From Sphaerodactylus townsendi (lineage: Eukaryota), in NCBI RefSeq assembly GCF_021028975.2, contig NC_059431.1, positions 62,372,001 through 62,436,000 of the forward strand: a DNA stretch of 64,000 nucleotides. The letters run 5' to 3'. The translations under genes were made by a program, and so were the position numbers. Positions 39,886 through 51,462 of this stretch are shown here, piece by piece. The first letter of the stretch is position 1, and each line of letters starts with the position of its first letter. The notes under the pieces were generated by a model. That model was not told the origin of the DNA and did not search any database. It was given only the letters and a program-made list of their open reading frames with translations.

Positions 39886-41453
39886 AATCCACTAGTCCAG
39901 TTGAATTCACAACTATTTTCTGTTAAGTAAGGAGATCTGTTGTGGTGGAAGAACCTTGTTCTGGCTGAAGCCAGCTGTTTGATCCAACCCAGTGTCTCTA
40001 CACTAGCAAATAGCTCCTCAAACAAATTGCAGAAGGACATCACAATAGCAATAGATCTTGTGTTCCTAGCTGAGATGGAACTGCATTTTCTCACTAACAA
40101 AAGAAGGCAGCTTGACTACTGAAGGCATGCTGAATCCCTGCAACAGCAATACCTCTTCCCATCTAACACAACAAAAAGTGTACATACATTGTGTGGTAAA
40201 AATTATACAGAATAATCTTGAGAGCAAGAGAACAGAGGTATTGTTCCCACTATAAATATCAAATTCACTTCTTAACAAATACTTACTGCACCAGTCTTCA
40301 ATATTCAGAAATTTCAGCTAATCTGATTACACACTTAATTGCCTTTTGTAAAGAACAAGATGTTGCCTCCACAACTTCATAAATTAATCATTCTTTTGTT
40401 TAGCTTGAGGAGGGAAAATGCCTTTGTTCAAGTTCATTGTTTGGGTGTTTCCTTGTAACTGAAAACTTTACAAATGTTACGTGGGTGATTGAATCTCAAA
40501 AGAGACATTTGTTGAGTGTGTCAAGTGTTCATGTATTATAACATTTCTTTGGAACCAGAGAGCCTCTTGTCTTTGCCTCACAATCCTTTTGGTGTCACTC
40601 GAACTGCTCATGTGACAGAATTCTAATATGGAAAGAGACAAAACGCATTGTTAAGGACACAAACAAAGGCTGCTTCCTGGAACACTGTGTCACAAGATTC
40701 CCAGGGTCACAGCCTCCTTGCTTTGCACACATGAGAAGCACTATTGAAATCAAAGTACGACTCAAGTCTCCAAAGGAGCTGTTCCACATGAAGGAACTCT
40801 TCTTGGCAGAATTCAGGGCCTGTTTATTACACTGCTGTGATTGACATCAGGAACCAGCCTACAGTTGTCATTGCAGTTGTCCTCATTTTACACTCATGTG
40901 AGATCCATGGATTTAGACATTTATTTAAAGGACCTACACACCCCTCCTATGGGACTACAGAATCTCAAAGCAGCTTGCAGTAATTACAACTAACTGAAGT
41001 TACCTCACAAACAAAGCTATGACTAGAGGTCATGAGTACAGGCTGGATTGACTTGTGCCTCATACATTCCCATAAATAAGTCCAAGTTTGGCGTGAACTG
41101 TACCCTCAGTGTGGAACCACAGGCACTCTCAGTTCTCCCACGAATAAGATAATATGGTGGTTTATCATATGAGGAGAGGGAGCAATCCATAAGATCCTCT
41201 GACTTCAACTAGAGAGAAAGAGGTACTTGACACAGAACCTAGCTCCTTTTGGTTTGTGATTAGAGAGCAACTGTAACCTCTTTCATTCTCAATCTCCCTC
41301 TTTGTCTCTTTTTTAATCTGTATCTTTTCAGCCTCACCTGTGTTCTGCATTCTTTGCTCAGTTCATGAGTATGATGTTAATCCCCCAGCTGGCCTTTAGT
41401 AATGAAAGGTCATTGTTCTCATGAAGGTTTCCCTAATACTCATGAGTACTAAT

Positions 41454-41932
41454 TGTAGTCGTGCCCGCAGGGTCGTCGTAATAATGAGACGAGACGTGGA
41501 GATACCATCTGGTGGAGAGAGCCAGCAGCAGGGAGCGCGGGATCCCATGCCGTGGATCCGGCTACTCTGCCTTGTGCTAGGCTCGGGCTCCTTTTATTAG
41601 GGTTTACAAGAGGGGGGGCTACGTGGGCGGACCGGGAGGCAGGAGAGCAGGAGAGCAGGAGATCATCATGTGATGCATGATCTCATCGGGCTGTTACGTG
41701 CAGGAGGAAGTGTCCGTGTCTGGGTCTAATCCACACCTGGGGGCAAGGGCTCCCATTGTCCCTTTGTCCTGGGACACCTGGTGGCTGCCAGAGCCAGGTA
41801 GTTCATGACCCTGTGACTCTCACGGGGTGTGGGGGATGGGGGAAGCCCAGTGCGACCAGAAGGCACGTAGTTGGGCCAGCATGCCAAGCACTCTGCCCTG
41901 CAGTTCTGCTGGGTCAGCGGCTCATCCCTACA
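41454..41932 (-). repeat. 3' LTR of the ERV (479 bp)
   Basis: Direct repeat of 46321-46792, preceded on the minus strand by the PPT. Confidence 0.95.
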
Positions 41933-41945
41933 TCTCCTCCCTTTT
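41933..41945 (-). promoter_or_regulatory. Polypurine tract
   Basis: Minus strand AAAAGGGAGGAGA abuts the TG of the 3' LTR. Confidence 0.9.
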
Positions 41946-42559
41946 GCATTTTAGGAAGGAAGCCCGAATTGGTTTGGGACAATTTAAGGGGATGCTCACA
42001 CCTCCTCAGCTATTTGCCCAAGCTGAGTCGAGGCTGCTTGTGCAACATGAGAACCTGGTTGTGAGCGTAGGGGAAAGTCAAAGGGTCTCTTACACACATT
42101 ATAAAGCGCAGCTAGGAATACATTACATAGAGAAGGTTTTCAGCAATAAGGCAGCTAATCAAACCAATGCAGAGTGCGGAACAAAAGTATAGCCATCTTG
42201 CAACTCACATACTTTCATATGAGCTAACAACAATAAGCAAATCCCAATGGCGGCATGGTATCTGAGGTTTGTAGACCAAGCTCTTGCGGCCGGGAGGCCA
42301 GAGCATCCAGAGCAGTCGAGGTGGAGATGATGGACTTCGCTTGAGGCTGAGGCCAGAGCCCGGCCCGACAGTCTTAGTGATTACAGGAAACAAGTCCGGG
42401 GACTCCACCAGGGGGGGAGGTCACGAGGGAAACCTCTCTCCTGCCTGGGGAGGGCAGCATTAAGCTCCGGTGAGAGGAGTCGAGGGGAAGGGCAGAGGCG
42501 GTGGCGACGCATGCAGGACTCCTAGGAGGTGGAGCCTGAGGCAGAACTTGATAATGCCA

Positions 42560-44520
42560 AGCTGGCTGAGACAGCAGAGAGTCCCAGTGGAAGGATGGCC
42601 GAGGATGGAACAAGCAACAAATAGCATAATTTCTAAAATCAAGGCATGCAACAACACCAGCGATCAGTTGGGTTACAGTACTCGATAATTCCTTTGGAGA
42701 TTGACTCCAAAAGGCATCATACAAAATGGAAACAATAAACATGGCTAAACAATGCAAAAGCTAGGTGATGAAGGGAAAGGAGGGCAGCCCATGGCTGCAT
42801 AATTATCCAATGCACGGCTCTTGCTGTTTTATTGCAAAGCCTTTAGAGCGATGGTGGTAGAGTCCATGGATTTCTCAAGAGCGTAGAGAGAGAGCTACTG
42901 ATAGTCTTTAGCATTTCAAGTTCAGTGACTCTCCACGAGCAAGGCTGCAACAGAAGGCATGTTCCGATAACAATCAATTGTAGCTGGAAACAGCGGAGAG
43001 TTCCAAAGGTTAACCTATCAGGAATGTTCCTGGCTGCAACTTCAAACTCCAGCCAGGGGGCGGCAGTGACAGAGAGAATAGCTGACTGTAGATGAGGAGC
43101 AGCGACACACAGCGTCAACCTCCTGAGCCATAGCTGGCCCAGGCTGAGCACCTTCCCCGGAGGTGGGGGCAGCGAGGACTGCGGTCTCCCAGGTAAGAGT
43201 ATGGGTAATGCCGGCTCCAAGAGAGATCCCTCCTGTTTAGGCCCAGGCTGGGTGGGGGGGGCGATCGTGCCCTCTCAACAAGACACGACTTTCCTGCGTC
43301 CCTGGGATTAGGTTGGCCCCATCCCGAGTTGGAATCCTGTGTGGAAGAGAAAAGACAAGCAAGGCTTTTTCCCCGGGGGGGTTTGCGGCACTGCTGAGTT
43401 AGTATAGAGAATAGTACTTTGGATATGGTCTGCTGGATGAGACCTTGATTGGGTCGATAGGGGGGACTACTCCCCTTTCTTTAGTTTGTTTTGGCCAGCA
43501 GCTTTCCTTAGGTACAGTTGGCCCATTCCGACAACGATCACTTGCAACAATCAAAGTTAAAAACACACAAGGCAGAGAGTTGCCCGAAGGCTTAGGAGAA
43601 GGGAGAGGTCACATCCAGGTCGGGTGTTTGTTTGTAAAACAATCCCAATCACCGTCTAAAGTGTAGGAGTTTTTTTTGCAAAGCAACTTAAACAATTCAC
43701 AATTATAGTCATATCATTAATATAGCAATCCATAGGAAAAGATTTAGAGAGAAGCGCAAAGAAAACAGTTCCTATGGGCTTGAGGTTTGATCACCACGAG
43801 CAGCTTAGCAGAGAGGTTTGCAAAGCCCTTTATCAGATCCTAGATCTAGAGGTGGGAGATGCGTCAGCCCATTCGAGGTAAGGTGGGTGTGCAGAAGAGA
43901 AGGCAAGGGGGGGAAAGGAGTTTGGAGAAGTTGGCTCTACCTTCCCCCCCCGTAAGGAGACTTTGGCGGGTTTGGGCTAAGCTTCCTACCTTCACTGCGG
44001 AGGCTGTGTAAGATAGGTAATGGCTGAGGAAATCCCCTAGCACTGTGACTAGCCAGGTGGCGCTCAACCAAGAAAATGTGGGAGCATGGAAATAATTCTG
44101 GCTTCACCTATAAACAGCCACGCCAATGTGGCAGTGTGGAGGCTCAGAGTAGAACAAAGAAAGGGTTCTCAAGGAAAAGCGAAACCAAGAAAGAGCTTTG
44201 AGGGTTTAAAACTAGAATGGAGGAGGTAACTTGAAGCAGATTCCAATGGCATCCCAGGGAGCACTGTGCCCCTTAAAGAGGCTGATGTCATAATGGGTGG
44301 AAACTTTTTTTTTTTCAAGGCATAGGTACACATAATCAAAGGGAGGAAAACTTTAGATTCAGGAGTGCAAGAGTACGGCTTAGAAATGATGGAAGGGGAG
44401 CCCCTCTCATGGAAAGGGAGGGAAAACTTTAGGGGTCTCTTTACAGAGACCAAGACACACAGAATATACATAAGCATACATAATACAATGAGGAGGAGGG
44501 TTTGTGAACGACTCAAGATC
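42560..44520 (-). pseudogene. env: Decayed env-like region
   Basis: Lies between a splice acceptor and the PPT. Hydrophobic signal-like stretch LLLIVLCMLMYILCVLV near 44500, Cys-rich middle, then MPSVAAL (42960-42940), LEKSMDSTTIALKALQ* (42879-42829), ALDNYAA (42813-42793) and a hydrophobic segment. Many frameshifts; limits approximate. Confidence 0.6.
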
Positions 44521-45549
44521 CTTTTTTTAAAATCCAGTGAAGGCTTAATAAGCAGGCTGAAAAAAAAGTGTGGTTAGTCTTTTTGTCCCAATTCTGTAGG
44601 AGGAGTGTTTCCAAGCTGGATCATTTTTTTATTGAACATACAAGTGAAAACACACCTAAGAGGAGGCGACATGAGTGTAAACATCTAGGCTTCTTGTCCC
44701 AGCCCCTCCTCAGGAGGGGGGAGGGGTTAGCCGCTCTTCGTTTTTCTGTGGAAGAAGAGAGGGTTAGGTGGGGAGTCGATGAGGAAGTTGTGCAAGCCTT
44801 TGTTTTTCTATGGGCTGGATTTGAAACCCATTTGATCTGGACACTAGAAACAAGCAAGTGTTGGATTTTTTTTAGCAGAAGGTGGCTATATCAGGACTTG
44901 AGAAACTTACTCTCTGGATCTACTTAGGCGGTTCAGCCTAGCAGGACTGGGATTCACCTGCCCTTCCTGGGGTACTAATGATTTTTGCTGCCACTGGGGG
45001 CTTTAGGCTTAGGGCTTTGCACGGGCTCCAGAGGGCTGTGAGATCTGGTTTGAACCCCTTACCACAGGTGGAGGGGGCCAGGGGGGCACCTTCTTTATGA
45101 AGGACTCTGGAAGCTTAAGGCCATCGTCTTGAGAGCATCTTCCCTCTCTCCGCGCCTCATTGTCCTGTAGATTGGCTATAGGACATTCTGAGGAAGGGTC
45201 AAAGCGGCAGTCCTTTTGGTTGAGTAGAGGCGGACTGGGCATAGTGCCAGAATGTTAGCGTCTTCTTTAAAATCAGCGACTCTTTCTGCTGCAATTCAGG
45301 GGTTATGGACTCTGCAGAAGATTTTTGATATGCACGCCACTCTGTGGCACTGATTGGGAGAGCATGGTGACTTTCAGAAATAGAAGGAGGCTAGCAGAGC
45401 GGGAAGCATAGACGCATGAAGGAGAGCAAGCAACGAGATTTAAGGCAAGCTGAGCTTAGATTGGAATTCGAGTGAGAGCATAGAGGCAGAAGGATTGGAT
45501 GGGAGGCCGGACATTGGACCTGGCGAGAAGGTAGGCATCATCTTCCGTC

Positions 45550-46121
45550 AGGGTTTCCTTCCTCCGCAGATAAAGGTTTTGAAACCAGCGCCATTGCGTG
45601 GCAGCTGTGACGGAGGAGATCTTGGTGGCTTCAGAAAATGAAGAGGCCGAGGAGTGGGCCGGAAGGCAGTACGAAGGGAGGAGGCGGCCCGAGCCGTGGG
45701 AGGATCCGAAGGCGGGGGGGAAGCAAGGGAGGCAGAAAGAAAGAGGACGAAGGCGTCCAGTTTAGTGGATAGAGAAAGTTCTGGGGGGTGAGAGTGAAGC
45801 TGAAGGAGTCGAAAGGAGGGCGATCTATGGCAAGAGAGAGCCATAGACCTGCTACGAGCTGATGGCGACATAACATTGCCTCCACGTCAGTAGCGGTGAC
45901 ATGTGTGCGCGAGGCTCTCTGTGCAAGAAGTGCGCCCGATGTTTTCCCAATCCATAAGATTCAATGTCCCCCTTTCTAGGTACCATGGACATTGAGCTTC
46001 AATCTCCTCAAGCAATTTGCACAGCTCCCCTCTCTTCTGAGGAGACCCTGCAGCTTTTTAGCTAAAGCACTTTCAATTCGGTAACGTGATTGTCACTAGC
46101 CCTGCTTTTGCAAGCCCCCAT
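45550..46121 (-). pseudogene. gag: Disrupted gag (matrix plus proline-rich region)
   Basis: Starts MGACKS at 46121 (possible myristoylation Gly). After a stop and frameshift, 46027-45932 reads ELCKLLEEIEAQCPWYLERGTLNLMDWENIGR, matching the betaretroviral matrix motif CPW(F/Y)xxxGTL.L.DW..IG. Proline-rich sequence follows. The 3' limit is approximate. Confidence 0.85.
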
Positions 46122-46300
46122 ACTTACCGTTGTTTACCGTCCGGACAAGAGGAGAAGTGTCCTAGAGCACTCGGGTCCCCTGGATGCGCCGATCCAGCAG
46201 GCGAGCGATACCGAGCAGTGGAGTCCCTGGATGCACCGATCCAGCGGGCGTGATTACCTTGACCCTTTCCCAAGCGGCCGCGGGGTGGAGGTTTGAGGAT

Positions 46301-46318
46301 TCCCGGGTTTCGGCACCA
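46301..46318 (-). promoter_or_regulatory. Primer-binding site, tRNA-Phe
   Basis: Minus strand TGGTGCCGAAACCCGGGA, 2 nt from the LTR, complementary to the 3' 18 nt of vertebrate tRNA-Phe(GAA) (TCCCGGGTTTCGGCACCA). Confidence 0.93.
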
Positions 46319-46320
46319 GT

Positions 46321-46792
46321 TGTAAGTCATGCCCGCAGAGGTGCGACCATTAATGTGGGCGGGACACAGAGATACCATCTGGTGGAGAGAGCCAGCAGCA
46401 GGGAGCGCGGGATCCCATGCCGTGGATCCGGCTACTCTGCCTTGTGCTAGGCTCGGGCTCCTTTTATTAGGGTTTACAAGAGGGGGGGCTACGTGGGCGG
46501 ACCGGGAGGCAGGAGAGCAGGAGAGCAGGAGATCATCATGTGATGCATGATCTCATCGGGCTGTTACGTGCAGGAGGAAGCGTCCGTGTCTGGGTCTAAT
46601 CCACACCTGGGGGCAAGGGCCCAGTTGTCCCTTTGTCTGGGACACCTGGTGGCTGTGAGCCAGGTAGTTCATGACCTGTGACTCACCGGGGGGTGGGGGA
46701 TGGGAGAGCGGGTGCGACCAGAAGGCCGTAGTTGGGCCGGCATGCCAAGCACTCTGCCTACGGTTCTGCTGGGTCAGCGGCTCATCCCTACA
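46321..46792 (-). repeat. 5' LTR of the ERV (472 bp)
   Basis: Direct repeat of 41454-41932. On the minus strand it begins TGTAGGGATG, ends GACTTACA, contains AATAAAAG and is followed by the PBS. Confidence 0.95.
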
Positions 46793-46873
46793 ACTAATGA
46801 AGAATTAGAACTTTCCACCATATCCACAGAACAGCTCTGTTTCCTATCCTCTACTTTTCCTCTGTCTCTAGAG

Positions 46874-48125
46874 CAGGGGTCTGCAACCCACAGCTCCGGA
46901 GCCACATGTGGCACTTTCACCCTTGCACTGTGGCTCCACATGGCTTGGGTCCTCTCAGCCTCTTTCGGAGAGTCGCCCTAAGGGTTAATGGGAAAGAGTC
47001 CCCATTCCTAGAGAGGCACAGCCCAAGATGGCTATCCCAAGCCACATCCGGTTTCCCTGTCCCAGCTGCCTGGTTGGCTGATGCCAGTGATGACGGCATG
47101 GGGCGGGGGTGGAGCACCGCTAGTGGATCCTCTTGAACAGGTGAGCAGTGAAGGGTGGGAAACGGGAGGGAGTTGCAGGAGCGCAGATTTTCAGCACAAT
47201 CCTAACCTAAGTCAGCCCCCCTTGAATAGGGGGTCAGTGGTCGACCCTGCTTAGGGTGGCCTCATTTCCCCCTCTCCTGGGTCCTTCTTGGGGGCAGGAC
47301 CACATGGGGACCCCAGCAGTGCCACAGACCCCCAGCAGCCCCACTGAGCTCCAGGGGCTTTCCTGGTAGATGGCAGCCTGGCTGAGTCCAGGTGAGAAAG
47401 ACGATGTCAGGTTTTAAAGGAGTTATTACCTGCAGCCGTGCAAAGCTGCGCTACCTCCTCCGGGGAGCTGTTTGATGGGGGGGAGGTGGGGGGTGGGTGG
47501 GGAGATTGTTTTGCTTCTGCATTGCCAAGGAGGGGCAGGAGCGCATGGGGAAAGCCTTGTATGTGTGGATCTTGGAAGGTTTACTTCCAGAGTAAGCCAG
47601 TGGAGGGTAAGCTTGTAGATCGTGGAAGGGAGGAAGGCCGGGATCATCCTCAGGCATGGTTGTCGCGGGTTGCCAACTCCCAGCAGGGAAATCCCAAGAC
47701 ATTTGGGGGTAGATTCTCAGAAGTTGTGGCTGTTGGGACCAGGGTGGGGGCCATGCTCAGTGAGGAATGTGGCTGTCGAGTCCACCCTCCATGGCAGACA
47801 TTTTCTCGGGGGCGGGGAGGGAGAAGTTTAGGCTTGGGGGGCATAATCAGTGTCTTTCAACACAAGAAAAGAGAAATGTGTGAAATGGGGGTTCTATTGC
47901 TGGTCATTAGAATCATGTACAAAACAACAGGCTTTTTATCCCCTTCCCTTTTTGCTTTGATGGGTAAAAATGGACCCCAAAGAAGGGAACTTCTCCCTGC
48001 ATGAGAATATATACAGTGTTATCTTCATTTTAGATGTCAAAAAGTATTTGCGGCTGCAAGTGTTTTCTTTTCCATGGAAAACGGGTCCAAATGGCTCTTT
48101 GGGTGTTAAAAGTTGCCGACCCCTG
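46874..48125. mobile_element. hAT-Charlie-type non-autonomous element, 1.25 kb
   Basis: TIR CAGGGGTC.GCAAC / GTTGCCGACCCCTG, perfect TSD CTCTAGAG; ends homologous (inverted) to 31375-31732. Confidence 0.9.
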
Positions 48126-48741
48126 CTCTAGAGGCTTTAACAAGATGAGATGTCAGCTTGAATTCCCAAACACACTATATTTACTGTTTAGTTATATATG
48201 ATGAATGGGTGGCAACTGAACTTACCTTACTGTAAGGAAGGGCACAATGAAAAGATGTTACTATTTGATTTATTTATTTAAAATACTTATATACTGCTGT
48301 CTTGTTGTACACTCAAAGCTGTTTCCACAAACAAATAATACCATAAATATTACACCATTAAAACAAACGTCAACATATGCTGTGATAGATACATTTTAAA
48401 AAATTCTTAAAGATTAGAACCCTCTTGTGAATTATACTAAGCAAATAAAATTTTTCATGCATTTTAAACATATTTACAACATTAAGAACTGTTTCTAAAC
48501 ACCTAAATCAATGTAATATAGTGGTACAGTAGGAGTAATTTAAAATATAGTTGCTAAGAATAGTCTATATACTAATTTAGAAAATTTTAAGAATCTAGAA
48601 GAAGGATTGCTAGATATTACATTACGATGAAAATGTGAGGCTAATAGGAAGTGATCCAGATATGTATTGTTGTTTCTTTGTTTTGTTGTAATTTTTTATG
48701 GTTGTGAAAATGGTGTATAATGGTTTTATGAGTGATAGGTT

Positions 48742-48789
48742 GCATTGAACTTAGCATTGAACTTAGCATTGAACTTAACATTGAACTTA
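48742..48789. repeat. 12-bp tandem repeat (GCATTGAACTTA) x4
   Basis: Seen directly; one mismatch in the last copy. Confidence 0.9.
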
Positions 48790-51156
48790 AAATGTTCAAG
48801 TTTATTGAATGATGAACTGAAGGAATAAATGGCTTCAAGTAAAACCAGTAAAGTGAACTGTGGAAGTTTTAATATTTCATATGAAATAGTGGTTAGTGCT
48901 GTTAGAATCAGCAAGTTGTAAAATGCTTTCTTATAATTTTCTCTCATGTTTTTATTACATTCAGAACTTTATGAGACATTCCTTTTAAGGGCAGGGATTT
49001 TCCACAGCAGATGGCAATTACATATAGAGCAAACTGTAGAACAATATCTTGCCAATGTTTGCAAACTCTTTATGACTAAATCAATTTTTTTCTCTTTGAC
49101 TGCTATAAAGTCTGCCTTATACAATAGGTTATTAAATGGTGGAGTTTTTAACATGGGTATGTAAAGAGTGTTTGACTTAATATGGAAAAGATAAAAGATG
49201 GTAAGGCTTTTAAATGGCCCATCACATTCATGCATAAATGTATTCCATTCAACAGCTGTACTATCTGAGAGAAGAATGACATTATCTCCAGTGCAAAATA
49301 TTCTGCTTTGAAAGTCTGGAACATGTAGTATCTGCCCAACTGAAGTGATTCTTAATGGGAAACACCTAGGACCTATTTTGTGCATTTATCATGTTAAAAC
49401 ATTGCATGGGAATACCTTAATCTGTACATTAATAAATTCTATATATAAATGTTTATGAGATTGGAACAGTGGTATCTACTTGTCAGATGTGCCACAAACC
49501 CAGTCCACAGTATGAGATAGCGCTATTTTAATGCATATTATAGCACCTATGTAGCTCATTTCTATCTCCATCTGTGTCTATGCACACACCATAATTCCAG
49601 ACCACCATAAACTATTGTTTATGCCAACATAAGGTACCTATGAAATCATTTTATCCCAGCCCTGTAAGTCTCCAATAGTCAAATTGTGACCAATGCTATA
49701 TCATTTGAACAAAGAAAATTGCAATTGCTGTCATTTTCATTAGGCATCTAGTGCACTTTCTGGCAAAGCATTCCATACAGCTGTCTCATACCAAATTATA
49801 ACTGACAAATAAGAATGTTAAAAATGTTTATTTATGTAATAGCACTGGCACCTTGATTGTACAGCTTGTTTGATAGAAGCAGCCTATATAGGTCAGTTCC
49901 CATTTAGATTGTTTTCCTTATATTTATATGTAAACTTAGTTCTGTGAATGAAATAGGGTATTTCATTGGTGCATTACTAGGGGATTATTAAACTTGCTGG
50001 GTGGTTAGCATCATCTGAGGCATGCAATAATTGCCCAGAAATGCAGAGCCTATTGTATTTTAGGGCTTTAAAAAGAACTGCAGATCTAATGAGAACAACT
50101 TTGAAGTTAGTTGGTCTTGGTTGATATAATCAAATAGTATATGCTTCATTTAGGACAAAATAATATGTTTGATTGGGTAACATTTTATATGAACATTAGC
50201 TAGCTGATTAATTCCAAAATGAAGGATATAAGTCATGGAAATAACCTGATTTGTTTTAAGGTTATTTCCTGATCCTGCATAAAATATCATAGACACTCAT
50301 TGTTGATGAAAGAACTTATTATGCAGTCAATTTTTCAGTAAATGGACATTTGCATTTGATGTTGACAGTAAAATTATAATTTTAGCAAACATCAGCTCCT
50401 ATTCCTCCCTGTAAATAGAAAAGTGAAAAATACTACCTACAGGCCAATAGTATGAAGGACTGCCTCTACTATTTATTCATTTAAGTACAACATTACAACC
50501 ACTATTGCTTACTTATCAACCCCCCCCCCCCAAAAAAAATTAGATAAAAACAGAATTCACCTAAATAAACCAATTCGGTTTTTTAATCCAAAATAAAATC
50601 CAAATGTTATTCACTTCATCATGGTGCTATAACATGTGACTAATAAAAAAGAACTATTTCATAAAGATCTGTTGTAAAAGATGTCTTTGTTATTCTATTA
50701 CTAAACAGTTGTAGCATCAGGATTGGACAGGTTTCTCATGAAAAGCAGTTGTACTGCAGTTAAGAGCCATGAATTATTGCCTCTTGGAACAAACTTCATA
50801 CAGAATGTTTAATCAGGAGTCTGACTGACCACCTGTGACAGATCATCCACAACAAGTTGTTAGACTGGATGTTATATAATGAGAGGGGGAAGAAAACAGA
50901 AGTGGCCAGAGTTTTCTCTTTCCTGTGCTTCTTTAAGATGCCAAAAGAGAAACTTCTTGTAATCCTTCTCTTTCCATTGTGTGATGTGCAAATTTCTGAT
51001 GTGAGAATAGCTTGTACATAGGTGGGGATAGCTTGTACACATGATCATAGGAAGGGACAATGGAAAAGTTCCACTTCAATTGTCACAAGGAAGTATGACA
51101 CTCCTCCTGATTCTGCTAAAGTATACTTGTTTTCACCCACTCCTACCTGGAGACTA

Positions 51157-51462
51157 GTAGCAGTGGCATAGGAGGTTAAGAGCTCGTGTATCTAATCTGG
51201 AGGAACCGGGTTTGATTCCCAGCTCTGCCGTCTGAGCTGTGGAGGCTGATCTGAGGAATTCAGATTAGCCTGGGCACTCCCACACACGCCAGCTGGGTGA
51301 CCTTGGGCTAGTCACAGCTTCTCGGAGCTCTCTCAGCCCCACCCACCTCACAGGGTGTTTGTTGTGAGGGGGGAAGTGCAAGGAGATTGTGAGCCCCTTT
51401 GAGTCTCCTGCAGGAGAGAAAGGGGGGATATAAATCCAAACTCTTCTTCTCTTCTTCTTCTT
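51157..51462 (+). mobile_element. tRNA-derived SINE (Squam3-like)
   Basis: Same family, (CTT)n tail. Confidence 0.9.

Larger units (their letters stand above)
41454..46792 (-). mobile_element. Endogenous retrovirus (class II, beta-like gag), pol-deleted, LTR-gag'-env'-LTR
   Basis: Two LTRs with TG...CA ends, perfect 6-bp TSD ACTAAT (41448-41453 and 46793-46798), tRNA-Phe PBS, PPT, a Gag matrix motif and env-like remnants. Confidence 0.95.

Noticed and set aside
44810-44860. Integrase C-terminal remnant (VSSVQIKWVS) in the ERV
   Set aside because: The position is plausible, but the similarity is too weak to call by eye
48742-48789. CRISPR-like array
   Set aside because: No spacers; simple tandem repeat in a eukaryotic genome
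48969-49385. 138-aa minus-strand ORF
   Set aside because: No recognisable domain or exon structure; compatible with chance
50872-51060. Possible CCDC192 exon (LKEAQER)
   Set aside because: Very short similarity, on the strand opposite to that expected, with no convincing splice sites; no CCDC192 exon could be supported in this window
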